A stretch of DNA of 64,000 nt from a virus (lineage: Duplodnaviria; Caudoviricetes): positions 1 through 64,000 of the IMG/VR virus record IMGVR_UViG_3300020200_003236. The stretch is one strand, 5' to 3'. Shown piece after piece: positions 28,099 through 38,391 of the stretch. Numbering within the stretch: position 1 is the first letter of the stretch; every line of letters starts with the position of its first letter. Below the pieces are notes generated by a model that worked only from the letters and a program-made list of their open reading frames with translations, did no database searches and had not been told where the DNA came from. Position numbers and translations under genes: made by a program.

Positions 28099-28809
28099 TT
28101 ACTCCTTCGATGTTGCTGATTGATTTAAAAGCATTTGCATTTTTTGGTTTCTGAACTCCAAAGATTTAAGTGTATGTTCTTTGACGGGAATTCTATCCGG
28201 CAGAGCCAAAATCGTTTCGATTAACTCGGCATCTAGTGTTCCTTGTGTTATCATCTTTAGGTTTAATTTACTTTGAAGTCTTTCTCCCCAATATTCGCAT
28301 TGAGAATCGAAGTCATCAAATGGCTTGAGCGGTTCATTTTGAACTAGCCCATTGAAGGTTTCCACAAAAAATCTGGCTTCTTCTTCAAGGGATTTCTTTT
28401 TGTCTTGTAGTTTTTGCATGTTTCTAAAGGCGGCAATTTTCTTCCGCCCCAACTTTCTCAAATCAATTTCCAGTTCTCTTTTTGTGGTTTCCTCATTTTG
28501 TTCGTATTTCTCAATTTTTTTGCTCAATTTATCTATCTTGATATTTATCAATTCAAGATTATCTTTTCCCTCTTCTATTTCGAGAGCAGCCGCTTCGAGG
28601 GTTTCAAAACGGGTTTTTATTTCTCTTAGACATTGCCAGAGCTTGGCTTGCGTGGTAGGCTCTTTATGGATGATGAAATACTTCATTTGGAAGTAACTGT
28701 GCCGATCTATGACCTTATTTTTGAGGATTTTAGCCATATCTTCTATGATATTTGGAGCGACTACTTCCAATTTGTCTTCCGTAATTTCATTTGTTTTATC
28801 TATTGACAT
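28099..28809 (-). CDS. Coiled-coil hypothetical protein
   Basis: 236-aa E/K-rich helical ORF with AAGGAG SD. Confidence 0.75.
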   Translation of the reverse strand: MSIDKTNEITEDKLEVVAPNIIEDMAKILKNKVIDRHSYFQMKYFIIHKEPTTQAKLWQCLREIKTRFETLEAAALEIEEGKDNLELINIKIDKLSKKIEKYEQNEETTKRELEIDLRKLGRKKIAAFRNMQKLQDKKKSLEEEARFFVETFNGLVQNEPLKPFDDFDSQCEYWGERLQSKLNLKMITQGTLDAELIETILALPDRIPVKEHTLKSLEFRNQKMQMLLNQSATSKE

Positions 28810-28856
28810 ATCTTCTCCTTTATGGTTAAACTTAACAGAGTATTTTTTTTCGTAAA

Positions 28857-29477
28857 ATGGAGCAATTTATGGGCAAGCTAGATTGTGCATTAGGGTATCT
28901 TAGTGGCGCAATGGAATACGTTGCGGATCATGGTGTCGAGTGGAGAAGAAAATTCACCCGCCTTATCTATGAGGCCGGTCTGGACATTGATCTGATTGAC
29001 CCCACAAATAAGCCGGGCGACGACCAGAAAATAGGAGGCGAAGACAAAGGATATCAAGCCAAGCTCAAGCAAGAAAAGAGATGGAAAGAGCTTTCGAAAT
29101 ACGTCGGTGAATATCGACGTTATGATTTGCGATATGTCGATTACTCCGATTTTCTTGTAGTCGTTGTTGATCCAAGAGTCCCACAATGGGGCACCAGCAA
29201 CGAAGTTTATTTTGGCGAGATGCAACATAAGCCAACGTTTTTTGTTTGCGACGGAGGCTTGGCGAACTTGCCGAACTGGTTGTTCGATTTATTGGATTTT
29301 GAAGGCGACCAGCCCATCAATGTTTTCGAGAGCATCGAAGAAGTAATCGAGATGCTAAAGAAATTGAATTCTGGCGAAAAAGAACTCAGCAAAGAGTGGG
29401 TTCTGGTGCGGAGACATATCGAGCAAAACCGCAAAAATCGTCTGGCTTTGGCTAACAGAGTTTCGCACCCAAAATAG
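28857..29477 (+). CDS. Nucleoside 2-deoxyribosyltransferase-like protein
   Basis: YLSGAM, DLRYVDYSDFLVV, GTSNEV motifs. Confidence 0.7.
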   Translation: MEQFMGKLDCALGYLSGAMEYVADHGVEWRRKFTRLIYEAGLDIDLIDPTNKPGDDQKIGGEDKGYQAKLKQEKRWKELSKYVGEYRRYDLRYVDYSDFLVVVVDPRVPQWGTSNEVYFGEMQHKPTFFVCDGGLANLPNWLFDLLDFEGDQPINVFESIEEVIEMLKKLNSGEKELSKEWVLVRRHIEQNRKNRLALANRVSHPK

Positions 29478-29979
29478 CCTTGAATTTGTAGCCTTTTTCG
29501 ATGGCTTCTGAAGCCCACATTAGTTTACAAATTTCATAGGGGCCAATTTCCGCCATCTTGCCAATTTCTTTGAGGCAATTCTTGTGGAGTAAAAGTCCAT
29601 TAATGGTTGCTTCAACGAAGTCATATTTCTTGCCAACAATTGGAAAAAGAATATCCTTTTCGTTTTCAATAAACATTGAATATTTATTGTCCAATCTGTG
29701 TCTGATGTAAGTCCCAGCTATTACAATGAAATTCCAATCCGCTGGCGGATTTTTCATGCCAGCATTTATCAGCGAAGTGTAAGTTTCTTTGCCTTTGCAG
29801 GTCGGACAAATTTCATTCATTTCCTTAAAAGGCTGGGTCTTTATTGATTTTTCGGCCACAGAAATGATTGGCACATCGTGTTTGCCCCGTATCGAATTAA
29901 CCGTATTTCTTAGCAAAGAAGGATTCGATTCTGGGTTCAGGACTATAAACCCAAAATTGATATTTTTGGACGTATACAA
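29452..29979 (-). CDS. Small, degenerate GT-A-like hypothetical protein
   Basis: LLRNTVNSI..., TSLINAGMKN..DWNFIV patterns weakly resembling a GT2 fold. Confidence 0.45.
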   Translation of the reverse strand: MYTSKNINFGFIVLNPESNPSLLRNTVNSIRGKHDVPIISVAEKSIKTQPFKEMNEICPTCKGKETYTSLINAGMKNPPADWNFIVIAGTYIRHRLDNKYSMFIENEKDILFPIVGKKYDFVEATINGLLLHKNCLKEIGKMAEIGPYEICKLMWASEAIEKGYKFKAILGAKLC

Positions 29980-29990
29980 TTCAATCTCGC

Positions 29991-30842
29991 TTATGTTAGA
30001 GCCACGTTGAAATCTATTCTAATTATATCATCAGGAGTAATTGTCGTGTTGAGTTCAAATGTTCCGGCAGTATGATCTGGCGTAAAACTGTTCAATGTCC
30101 ACTCTTCTGTCATTAGATTGCCGGGAACGTACACATAAGCATCTGTGGTTAGCTTTACGCCGTTAATGTAAACTCGAAGACTATCTTCGATATAGGGGGT
30201 ATTAACCGAAGTTACCTTGTAATTAACATAGTCGGTTGTAATAGGCTCTAGGTCGTAATAATGTCTGTGTGCGAATTCAATTGGGATTGTTAAAACTGGC
30301 TTAATCGTTACTGCATTTGAGGGCGGAACTGGTGCCGTTACGTCCCATTGAATGCCTTCGGACGCTCCAAGGTATATTTTACCTTCTTCTATTATCAATG
30401 TATTAGAAAGAGCTTCTACCTCGAACCTGATGTTTGTAGCTTCTGAGGCAATTAGAGCAAGTTTTGCCCGCTCAGCCTCAAGCATTCGTACAAATGGAAC
30501 TGGATTTATTACATTTGGATAGTTTAAGGTGTCATTATAATAATCCAGTTCCGATACATCTACTGTCTTGCTGCCATCGCTATGCTCTGCAATATTGTGG
30601 GCAGCTTCATCTATTGCGGAAGCCTTGAGAGAACCATTTTGTTCCAAAGATTGGTTGAGCCGGTTGTCTAGGGTGCCTTGGTTCCCCGCTGCGTCTCGCA
30701 ATATTTCGGCATGATTTTCCAGTTCCCCATTTATCAATTGATCCCGTAATGCCAGCACTTCAATGGGAACATTGTCATATTCCCAATGATATGGATGCAA
30801 TGGATCGTATTTTGGAACTGGAAGTTTGGATAGATCAGGCAT
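29991..30842 (-). CDS. Virion structural protein (tail-associated)
   Basis: C-terminal SLRVYINGVKL..DDIIRIDF pattern typical of phage tail modules. Confidence 0.65.
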   Translation of the reverse strand: MPDLSKLPVPKYDPLHPYHWEYDNVPIEVLALRDQLINGELENHAEILRDAAGNQGTLDNRLNQSLEQNGSLKASAIDEAAHNIAEHSDGSKTVDVSELDYYNDTLNYPNVINPVPFVRMLEAERAKLALIASEATNIRFEVEALSNTLIIEEGKIYLGASEGIQWDVTAPVPPSNAVTIKPVLTIPIEFAHRHYYDLEPITTDYVNYKVTSVNTPYIEDSLRVYINGVKLTTDAYVYVPGNLMTEEWTLNSFTPDHTAGTFELNTTITPDDIIRIDFNVALT

Positions 30843-31036
30843 TACTCCTCTTTTTGACCGAAATTAGTTTTGCGGTCTTGTTGCTTCATAACAGAACGAC
30901 GCTTTCTGGAATCACCAGAATAGGTTTGCTTGTTTTGCTTGCCAAAGCGGGGATTTCCTCCCACAAAACCGGATTTACCGTGATTTTGGTCGTTTCTGTC
31001 TTTGCCCCGCCACTCTTTGAATGAAATTAGTGCCAT
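30842..31036 (-). CDS. Small basic hypothetical protein
   Basis: 64 aa; N-terminus MALISFKEW; TATATAAAT upstream. Confidence 0.6.
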   Translation of the reverse strand: MALISFKEWRGKDRNDQNHGKSGFVGGNPRFGKQNKQTYSGDSRKRRSVMKQQDRKTNFGQKEE

Positions 31037-31062
31037 AATAGTGATTTATATACGGCCACTGA

Positions 31063-31344
31063 TTACAAATCTAATTCCCAACCTTTTTCATTATATTGAG
31101 CTTCCGGCGCATCGTATGGACAGGGGTTCAAATCAATGGCGATTTTGATTTGATCGGAAGTAATTGTGTTTCCAAGAGCCTTAAACAATTCTGCCGGGCA
31201 ATTGGAAGTAACATAAATTGGCTCGCATGACTTCTTGATTTCTTCGGCCAATGCACTCTCAAAATCCCAGATCGAAATAGTGAAAGTCGGCAGCATCTCT
31301 GCTTGTTCTTTTTGCTTTTTTCTGTCTAGCCAGTAATTACTCAT
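31063..31344 (-). CDS. Hypothetical protein
   Basis: 93-aa ORF coupled to the SET gene. Confidence 0.6.
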   Translation of the reverse strand: MSNYWLDRKKQKEQAEMLPTFTISIWDFESALAEEIKKSCEPIYVTSNCPAELFKALGNTITSDQIKIAIDLNPCPYDAPEAQYNEKGWELDL

Positions 31345-31877
31345 TTGATTAAATCTCCCAAATTGTAAAGGTTATAGTGGAGGAACTTCTCCCAATCTTT
31401 TATGTCTGCTTTGGCATTATCGTGAGTTTCATGAACCCAATTGAAGACTTTCTCCCAGCCTTCTCCATAGTGTCCTAACACTTCTTCGCCCTCAGCTACG
31501 TCTTTCAAAAACCAATATACAGCTTTGTCTGCATGTAAGCTCTTTTTTGTATATTTGTCATCTAGGTAGCGGATTTCTACATTTTGTTTCTTTTTATCCT
31601 CGGTATGATTGACGATTCCAGCATACCCTAGAGGCACGATCAGGAATTGGCCTATATCTACCTTGTCGCCTTTTCTTTTTACATCAGCGGCGAACTTGTA
31701 TGCATTGGCGTAATAGGTGCATTGATCTGCAACAGATTCTCTGTTCACCAAAACACCCGTAATTTCGAGCCACTCATTCTTTTTTATGGCTTTCTTTGCG
31801 AAAAGCCCATTGCCCGCTAAATTCACAGTAGATGGAGCTATGCAAAAACGATCATCGTCTTCTTCAAATATTATCAT
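31341..31877 (-). CDS. SET-domain protein-lysine methyltransferase
   Basis: AGNGLFAKKAIKK (motif I), GYAGIVNHT (NHS motif), KDVAEGEEVLGHY (ELxFDY-like motif). Confidence 0.85.
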   Translation of the reverse strand: MIIFEEDDDRFCIAPSTVNLAGNGLFAKKAIKKNEWLEITGVLVNRESVADQCTYYANAYKFAADVKRKGDKVDIGQFLIVPLGYAGIVNHTEDKKKQNVEIRYLDDKYTKKSLHADKAVYWFLKDVAEGEEVLGHYGEGWEKVFNWVHETHDNAKADIKDWEKFLHYNLYNLGDLIK

Positions 31878-32143
31878 TCGATATAGCCTCTTTTTATTGC
31901 TTCGCTTACTTCTTCAAGAGTTATGTCTCGCCCTACAAATTCACCAAAACACTCACAAAAATGATTAACTATTGATGTAGTAACAGTCTCTGCCAATTCT
32001 GGGTGGTGTGAAATAACTTTTTTTGCTTCGGCCCAAGAAGCAGAGTCCAGTCCCCAATCAAAGATTTCTCCATCGACTTCAAGTACGTTAATGTCTTTGT
32101 TGAATTCTTCGCTATATTCAGAAACAACTTCGATTTTTTTCAT
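31874..32143 (-). CDS. Hypothetical protein
   Basis: ORF 31874..32167; likely start MKKIEV at 32143 (ATGA overlap). Confidence 0.65.
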   Translation of the reverse strand: MKKIEVVSEYSEEFNKDINVLEVDGEIFDWGLDSASWAEAKKVISHHPELAETVTTSIVNHFCECFGEFVGRDITLEEVSEAIKRGYIE

Positions 32144-32616
32144 ACAAATGAAATTCTCCAATTCCAAGTTATTTGCATTTGGTCTGTTTTGTTTAAATCT
32201 AAGAATGTGGCCATGCTGTACAAGTCGTCGTTCGACATTTGTAGTGCCATCTCGTTAATGGCATAGCCATTTGCGTCAGAAAAACCAAGCACTGCCGTAA
32301 AGACGACTTGGCTTGGTATGTTCGGATCAACTTGAGCAATGACTGATTTGCTCGCACGAGTAATGCCAAACAAACCATTTCTGGCGGTATCAACGTATTT
32401 TACAGAACCTCCTGCTGTGCCGCCGTCGCCAAACAGCATTCGGCTGACGTAAAATTGGTAAGTGTCGCCCAAATCGTTGGCAAGACTTTTGGCCAGTGCT
32501 TCACGCCCCTTGCGGAGAATGGTATTCTTAAACTCTATCGTTTCTTGTCGGCCATCCTTGTGTTCAATATTGACGGTCACATAGCCGCTTACTTTTACTG
32601 GTTCTTCTGTGTTCAT
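32140..32616 (-). CDS. Baseplate/tail-fibre attachment-type protein
   Basis: NTILRKGREALA, RMLFGDGG, INEMAL pattern of tail-collar/fibre-linked proteins; located after the baseplate genes. Confidence 0.65.
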   Translation of the reverse strand: MNTEEPVKVSGYVTVNIEHKDGRQETIEFKNTILRKGREALAKSLANDLGDTYQFYVSRMLFGDGGTAGGSVKYVDTARNGLFGITRASKSVIAQVDPNIPSQVVFTAVLGFSDANGYAINEMALQMSNDDLYSMATFLDLNKTDQMQITWNWRISFV

Positions 32617-35600
32617 ATTTCCCCTTGTTCGGTGGAGCCGTTCAAATATTCTATGTTAAAAGAAATTCCTTCGCCCTGTTGCACATAATTGATTACATTA
32701 TCGTCGCCTGCTCCTACGGATAAAGCCATCATTGACGTGGTAGTTGTATTGGTGATTATTTCGCCGCCTCTTCTGTCTATTATTCTAAATGTATAATCAT
32801 GGAGGTCAAATTGTTGGCCAGGAATAGTCACATCTTCTGTTTTTTCATATTGATAAATATCGTAGCTTACCAGGGTTCCACCACCCTGCCACGTTTCCCA
32901 ATACTTATCTGGTCCCTCAAGCGTTATAAGTGATCCGTTAATTTCTGCCATAAAATAAATGTTATCATCTATGTCGATCAAATAGTTTTGCTTAAACGTA
33001 TTGTTCTCTAAAGGAGTAGGTACGACCGAATTTCCCCCGTTGGAAACCGGCAATCCCGTCTCGTGGTTTGTTGGAGAAGTATCTAGTTTTAAACCATTGT
33101 GGCTCAAATAGCCGATTTGATTTTCGGTAACTCGCTGCCAAACAGTTAAGGTGATCGGACCTACATCTCCACCAGTATAACCCGAAATATAAAATTCGTC
33201 GTCTGTGTCGGGAACTAAACCGATTACTTTGTATTGAGTATTGCTTATTAGTTGATAATATTCAACTTCTTGTAAGTTGAACATATCTTGGATGTCGGTG
33301 CCTGTAGCTACGGTTCTGCCACGTGAAGTAATTCTTAAAAAGCCCGTCGTACTAGACCCCTTCACATTGCCAATCTCATCCAATAACGTGTAAATTACAC
33401 CAGTGGCATTGGTGAGCGGTAGTGTGTGAGCGGAGTCGTCTAGCACTATTGCTCCATTTGGCAAAATATCCTTAATGTCATAAGGAGTGCCAGAATAAGC
33501 TGGAATGGACATTTGCCACGGGGCGCTTGCAGTGCCTTGGGCTACATCCCATTGGGTTTTAATGTTCAGAATCTGGTAGTCTAGGTTTGAATCTGTGACT
33601 TCCTGAATATTGTCTTGATAGACGAACACGGCTCCAAACGGGGTGTCGAATTCTACTTGGTTAGATATTCTGAAAGTAAAGGCTCTGTCGCTCAACACTT
33701 GATTTTCAAATGAAGAGTTGGTTTCTGTTATTGGCTCCGAAATACTACTGTCGTTGACCCCAGAAATACTGCCTTGAGATACTTGTGCTGTGTTTTTGTT
33801 TGGGTTGTCTATTCTGTATTTTCCAGCCAAAGATGACGAGAGAATTTCTAGTACAGCACTACCATTTGTTGCCATCCCAAGATTTTCAAAGTTTATATCG
33901 CCGCAGAAAATTACGATCTTGTCGTTGAAAGCAATGCCCGCCCCGCTTGCAACCGGATTGGCCGTTGCTAGTTGATTTCTCAAAATAGCGGCGGTTGTAG
34001 TGCCTCTTTTCATGGCTCGATTAAACCACATTTGGCCCGACCCAGCGATTACATCGTCTTGGGCAGAATATCTTACAAAACCTTCGATTACTTCTTCCGG
34101 TTGTTCCATGAATTCGTGGAAGCCGCCGTAGATGTTTAAGTTTTGCAACACAGCATGAAATGGCATATGTTCAGTTAGTATCTGAATCGCCTCGTAAATT
34201 CTATCATTAGTCAATTCTTCTATTTCTAAATCCACATTGTACTTGCTGCTAAGACACGCAAAGCATGGATCGAGGAAATCTTTATCAATATCACATGGGT
34301 CTTTGGAATTCCGAATACTACCGTTGTATTCTTCCATGTTGTAAATGTTTTCTGAATAAGGAAATTCGGTTCTTACCTTGCCGAAGATAATATCGTCATG
34401 ATATGGATGTTTTTGTGGTATGATTACATCAAATAATGGATCGTTTTCTGCAATCAATCGCACGTTCATGTTTTTGAGAGGATAATCCTGATCCACTTCA
34501 TCACTTTGATCTGCCAGTGGCAATGCTCTCACATAGTCTTCTATTGTTTGTATTACTGGACTTGGGATTTCATTGTACTTATACAAAACTTTAATTATGT
34601 CGCCTTCAATCAAATCCACCGGGTTTGTCGAAAGAGAACTGCCCTCCCAAGTCATGGTTGTAACGCCATCTACGGTAGAAAAGGAAACATAGTCTGAAGA
34701 AATCTCTGTGTAATCTTCCTCGCCTTCTGCTCTTATTGATAGTTGGAAATTATCTACATCTATGGGCAAAGCTACCTTGGCCAAAGTCCAACTGGTTTCT
34801 CCATCGTATTTGAATATTTCTTGCCAAGTATAGGCAGAAATCACTTGCCACAAAGGGGTATATTCAACGAGTTTAATGCCAGCTTGATCTAATCCTTCAA
34901 CTATGCCGCCTCTCGTTCCTTTTCTTTTATACAAAGGAACGGCACGTTTGATTTGTTTTCTCCAACGTGTTGGGTCATAAGACTTTAGTTTTAAACCGAG
35001 CGTGTTGGAAAGATATGGCAAAAGAGATTCATCTAGGACATTGCCATCATAAAGATCAATTATTTGATTCGCAAGATTTTCTAAAACGGTAAAACCATCT
35101 GCGACCGATTTGTTTAGTTTATCAATTACATCAGGTGTACGATCACCATCACACAAAAGCATTTTGAATACTTCGGGTGTGTATCTTTCTAACAGCGTTT
35201 CGTATTTTTTTGGGGGAGTTTGATGCGTAGGAATAGTTGTGGTAACTTCCGTGGCACCCTTCAAGTAAAACTTAAAGTGTTGAGAATAGGATTCACCGGC
35301 AGGAAGTGGCGTCCAAGTCCAACAAATGAAGTAATCGCCTTCTCGCATCCCGACTGGTTGCCAAGTATATTTGAAGTTGCCAACTAGCGGATTTGCATCT
35401 TCATCTTCTGTGACATGCTCTAGGAATGAATTTTCTTCATCCGAAGACAGCCATGCTGGGAATTCTTTGTTCCCGACAATATGAGCGGGCTTTGCGTCAT
35501 TGAAGTAGAATGGCGAACTGGTTTTGGAAGCCTCTGCGTCCAATCTGGCTCTTTGGGCTGCTTCTATGTTTTCTTGTGAAGGATCGGCACAGGCTAGAGC

Positions 35601-35816
35601 TTCTGCTTCCATAGCCGCCTTCATCTTTTCAGTTATGTAAAAATCTTCTCTGTATTCGCTGAGGTTGTTGCTAGAAAAATCTCTTTCTACATAATAAATG
35701 ACTAACCGATCCACTTTGTATGGATCGACTAAGCAACCATTCGCATCCAAGGTTGTTAGATCAAATATTATATCATCTGTTGCAGATGGATTTTCTGTTG
35801 CATTTAATACGGCCAT
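32613..35816 (-). CDS. Baseplate wedge protein with P2 gpI-like domain
   Basis: LLPYLSNTLGLKL...WRKQIKRAVPLYKRKGTRGG; position in the baseplate cluster. Confidence 0.8.
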   Translation of the reverse strand: MAVLNATENPSATDDIIFDLTTLDANGCLVDPYKVDRLVIYYVERDFSSNNLSEYREDFYITEKMKAAMEAEALACADPSQENIEAAQRARLDAEASKTSSPFYFNDAKPAHIVGNKEFPAWLSSDEENSFLEHVTEDEDANPLVGNFKYTWQPVGMREGDYFICWTWTPLPAGESYSQHFKFYLKGATEVTTTIPTHQTPPKKYETLLERYTPEVFKMLLCDGDRTPDVIDKLNKSVADGFTVLENLANQIIDLYDGNVLDESLLPYLSNTLGLKLKSYDPTRWRKQIKRAVPLYKRKGTRGGIVEGLDQAGIKLVEYTPLWQVISAYTWQEIFKYDGETSWTLAKVALPIDVDNFQLSIRAEGEEDYTEISSDYVSFSTVDGVTTMTWEGSSLSTNPVDLIEGDIIKVLYKYNEIPSPVIQTIEDYVRALPLADQSDEVDQDYPLKNMNVRLIAENDPLFDVIIPQKHPYHDDIIFGKVRTEFPYSENIYNMEEYNGSIRNSKDPCDIDKDFLDPCFACLSSKYNVDLEIEELTNDRIYEAIQILTEHMPFHAVLQNLNIYGGFHEFMEQPEEVIEGFVRYSAQDDVIAGSGQMWFNRAMKRGTTTAAILRNQLATANPVASGAGIAFNDKIVIFCGDINFENLGMATNGSAVLEILSSSLAGKYRIDNPNKNTAQVSQGSISGVNDSSISEPITETNSSFENQVLSDRAFTFRISNQVEFDTPFGAVFVYQDNIQEVTDSNLDYQILNIKTQWDVAQGTASAPWQMSIPAYSGTPYDIKDILPNGAIVLDDSAHTLPLTNATGVIYTLLDEIGNVKGSSTTGFLRITSRGRTVATGTDIQDMFNLQEVEYYQLISNTQYKVIGLVPDTDDEFYISGYTGGDVGPITLTVWQRVTENQIGYLSHNGLKLDTSPTNHETGLPVSNGGNSVVPTPLENNTFKQNYLIDIDDNIYFMAEINGSLITLEGPDKYWETWQGGGTLVSYDIYQYEKTEDVTIPGQQFDLHDYTFRIIDRRGGEIITNTTTTSMMALSVGAGDDNVINYVQQGEGISFNIEYLNGSTEQGEI

Positions 35817-36361
35817 TTTTCCCCCGTTAATTTATATTTCATGGTTGAGGGAATATCATGTTTTTTAAAAAGATCATGCCATTTAGGTAGAACTTTTTTA
35901 GCACTGGCTTTTCTAAATGCTATCATTCTTGTATATTCATAATCATATACAACCAAAGATAATTGATATTTTTTGTTTATCAATGAAATAAGATTGCTCA
36001 AATCATTTTTTGGAAACGATTCGCACTTAATGCTTAATTGTCCCTGTTGCCAAGTACCGTCGTCAAGATACCAAATTAACAAACCAAATAAATCAATATT
36101 TTTGTGACTTTTCATAATTTTATTTTTGTGATTTTGAATGCCATACATTTCTTTTCTGATTCTAGTATAAATTGGCCTAGTTGCCGTGAATAATTCTGGT
36201 CTTTTTTGTGTATAACATTTAGCCCCTAATTCAGACAACATTTTGGTTTTCCAAACAACATATTCTTTGAAACAATAGTTTTTACAAGCAGGATCGTTTT
36301 TGGTGATCCCACCATCTCCCAACATGCTTCCTAAAATTATTTGATATGTTGTTTTATTCAT
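35804..36361 (-). mobile_element. Free-standing LAGLIDADG homing endonuclease
   Basis: ILGSMLGDGGI and LIWYLDDG motifs; AT-rich; lies between two baseplate genes. Confidence 0.88.
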
Positions 36362-36364
36362 ATG

Positions 36365-37921
36365 TCACTCGTATACGAAATTTATTTCCATTGCATCCGG
36401 TCTGATTATTTCATAGTATTTGGTGGTAACTATGATTCCGCCGTTTTCTTCGTTGTCGGTCACGAAGTTGATGTTGTATTCTTTGACTTCTTTTATGTCA
36501 GAAAAAGCCTTTACTATTTCGCTGTCTTTGAGAGACTGTCCATATTCCCAATTTGGCAAAGCAAACAAATCAGCAAGTCTTCTTTCGAGCTTAATCCTTA
36601 TTTCTTCTTCAAACTTTCTGTAGAACCTGTCAATTACAACATCAATTTGAATGTCTACTAAAATTATTGTTCCATTTTTGATACAGATATGATCTGTCAT
36701 CATCTTTCTTTCTTCTAAGTAGCTCTCCAACTCTACCTTTAGTTGATCCCCAGCTTCTTCCAGAGAATCTTGATCTTTTCTGGCCAAAACGTAAATGTCT
36801 ACTATATTTGCAGCACAGCCATAGTTCCTTAATACAGCAACAGACTTGCCAATCTGTCCTTGATAAGCAGTGCCAAATTGGTCCGTCAGAGTTTTGTAAT
36901 CTAGGCCAGTTACCGCACGATCTTGAGTGCGAATCCAAGCTGGTAGCTTTCTGCGTATATCTTCAATGGTATCGCCATCGTATCCAAATTGTGCTTTGGT
37001 GTAATTACTGAAAAAAACAGGGACGGAATAATCAAGTCCCGGCACTGTTATGATCGTTTCTGTATTAACAGCATTGCTCACCAAGTTGCCACGGCTACCG
37101 CCGCCACTTCTATAAGTTACTCTAATCTTCGACCCAATAGATGGAATAAGTCCTGCTCGGTGGTTGCCAAATACAATGAAAGCAGAATAATTGGAATCAT
37201 ACTCGATTCGGTATTCTCTTCTGGGTTGAGAATCTGTAAAGTATTCTACTTGTTCCCATCTTACTCCATCCACATCGACTCTCACAGAATCATATATGAC
37301 GGGCTGATATTTTAGCGTAAAGGATTGCCCTGCCGCTCCTGTTCCATCAAATTCTTGTGTTCTGGTTCTTCCTTCTAGTCCTATCAAACTGGCATTTACT
37401 ATTGAATTTGCCGGTATGATTATGTTGTCATCAAATAAAGGGTTGTTGTCGGCATCGGCTGCAAACAATTCCATTGAGATTCTTTCGTTGCCACCATTTG
37501 CCTCTATGATGAATGGAGTGGTAATTACCACGTCAGTCAAAATTGGGTTGTTTAGGGAGGCTGTCCACAACGATTTTGCAGCAATTGGGGGTTGCGGGGC
37601 GAATCCTATGAGTTTAGACAAACGGAAGGCGTTGTCTATTTCTGTGACCGTATCTATGAAGATTTCATTGGCTATTTGGTCCATCTTAAAAGACAGAGTA
37701 TCCGCCACAAATGCCCAATTCTCAATCAACATAATAGCCAACGAAGATTCTACGAAGTCGCCAAACTCTTTTTCGTATTTTTGTTTGGTGAATTCAATCA
37801 ATCTGGCCTTCATAGACCAGAAGTCTTGATTTGTGTAGTTTAAATTGAATATATTTGGCTTTTTGATTATTTCAGATTTTGCGTATGGCTGAATATCAAA
37901 AGGGCATCCACTACTACTCAT
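36365..37921 (-). CDS. Baseplate wedge (T4 gp6 / baseplate J-like)
   Basis: NYTNQDFWSMKARL, FGNHRAG, RAVTGLDYKTL. Confidence 0.85.
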   Translation of the reverse strand: MSSSGCPFDIQPYAKSEIIKKPNIFNLNYTNQDFWSMKARLIEFTKQKYEKEFGDFVESSLAIMLIENWAFVADTLSFKMDQIANEIFIDTVTEIDNAFRLSKLIGFAPQPPIAAKSLWTASLNNPILTDVVITTPFIIEANGGNERISMELFAADADNNPLFDDNIIIPANSIVNASLIGLEGRTRTQEFDGTGAAGQSFTLKYQPVIYDSVRVDVDGVRWEQVEYFTDSQPRREYRIEYDSNYSAFIVFGNHRAGLIPSIGSKIRVTYRSGGGSRGNLVSNAVNTETIITVPGLDYSVPVFFSNYTKAQFGYDGDTIEDIRRKLPAWIRTQDRAVTGLDYKTLTDQFGTAYQGQIGKSVAVLRNYGCAANIVDIYVLARKDQDSLEEAGDQLKVELESYLEERKMMTDHICIKNGTIILVDIQIDVVIDRFYRKFEEEIRIKLERRLADLFALPNWEYGQSLKDSEIVKAFSDIKEVKEYNINFVTDNEENGGIIVTTKYYEIIRPDAMEINFVYE

Positions 37922-37931
37922 TTTTCCTCCA

Positions 37932-38354
37932 TTAGCTGGCTACTGGAACTTCTAGTTTCAATTCGTTTACTTGGTCAATTTTTGCACGATCCACAAACAA
38001 TATTCTAATTAGTAAAACCGCATCCGAGTCAGTTCCGTCTTCGTCCAACGGCCTAGAATACTTATCTAAGCCATTTTTGACATCAATTTGGGTGATTGCC
38101 ACCCTTGGCTCCCACAATTTAAGCGAGCGAGCGATCATGTTTTTTGCTTCAATAATCAATTTTGGATCATTTGGCTCAAACATTAACTTTCTCAGTGGAG
38201 TGCCGTAAGTAGGCAACATAACTCTTTCGCCAGGATTGGTTAACAAGAGAATCAGCATGTCTGCCTTCACTTGATTTATTCCGTCTTGTATAAAGAAGAA
38301 TCCTCTAGGATTCTTCGTAATTGGATAGGGTATACCGGGATATTTAAGTGCCAT
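37932..38354 (-). CDS. gp25/GPW-like baseplate wedge subunit
   Basis: LLTNPGERVMLPTYGTPL, WEPRV. Confidence 0.9.
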   Translation of the reverse strand: MALKYPGIPYPITKNPRGFFFIQDGINQVKADMLILLLTNPGERVMLPTYGTPLRKLMFEPNDPKLIIEAKNMIARSLKLWEPRVAITQIDVKNGLDKYSRPLDEDGTDSDAVLLIRILFVDRAKIDQVNELKLEVPVAS

Positions 38355-38391
38355 ATTTTTCCTTTAGGGATTGACGAACTCTCGTTCCCCA

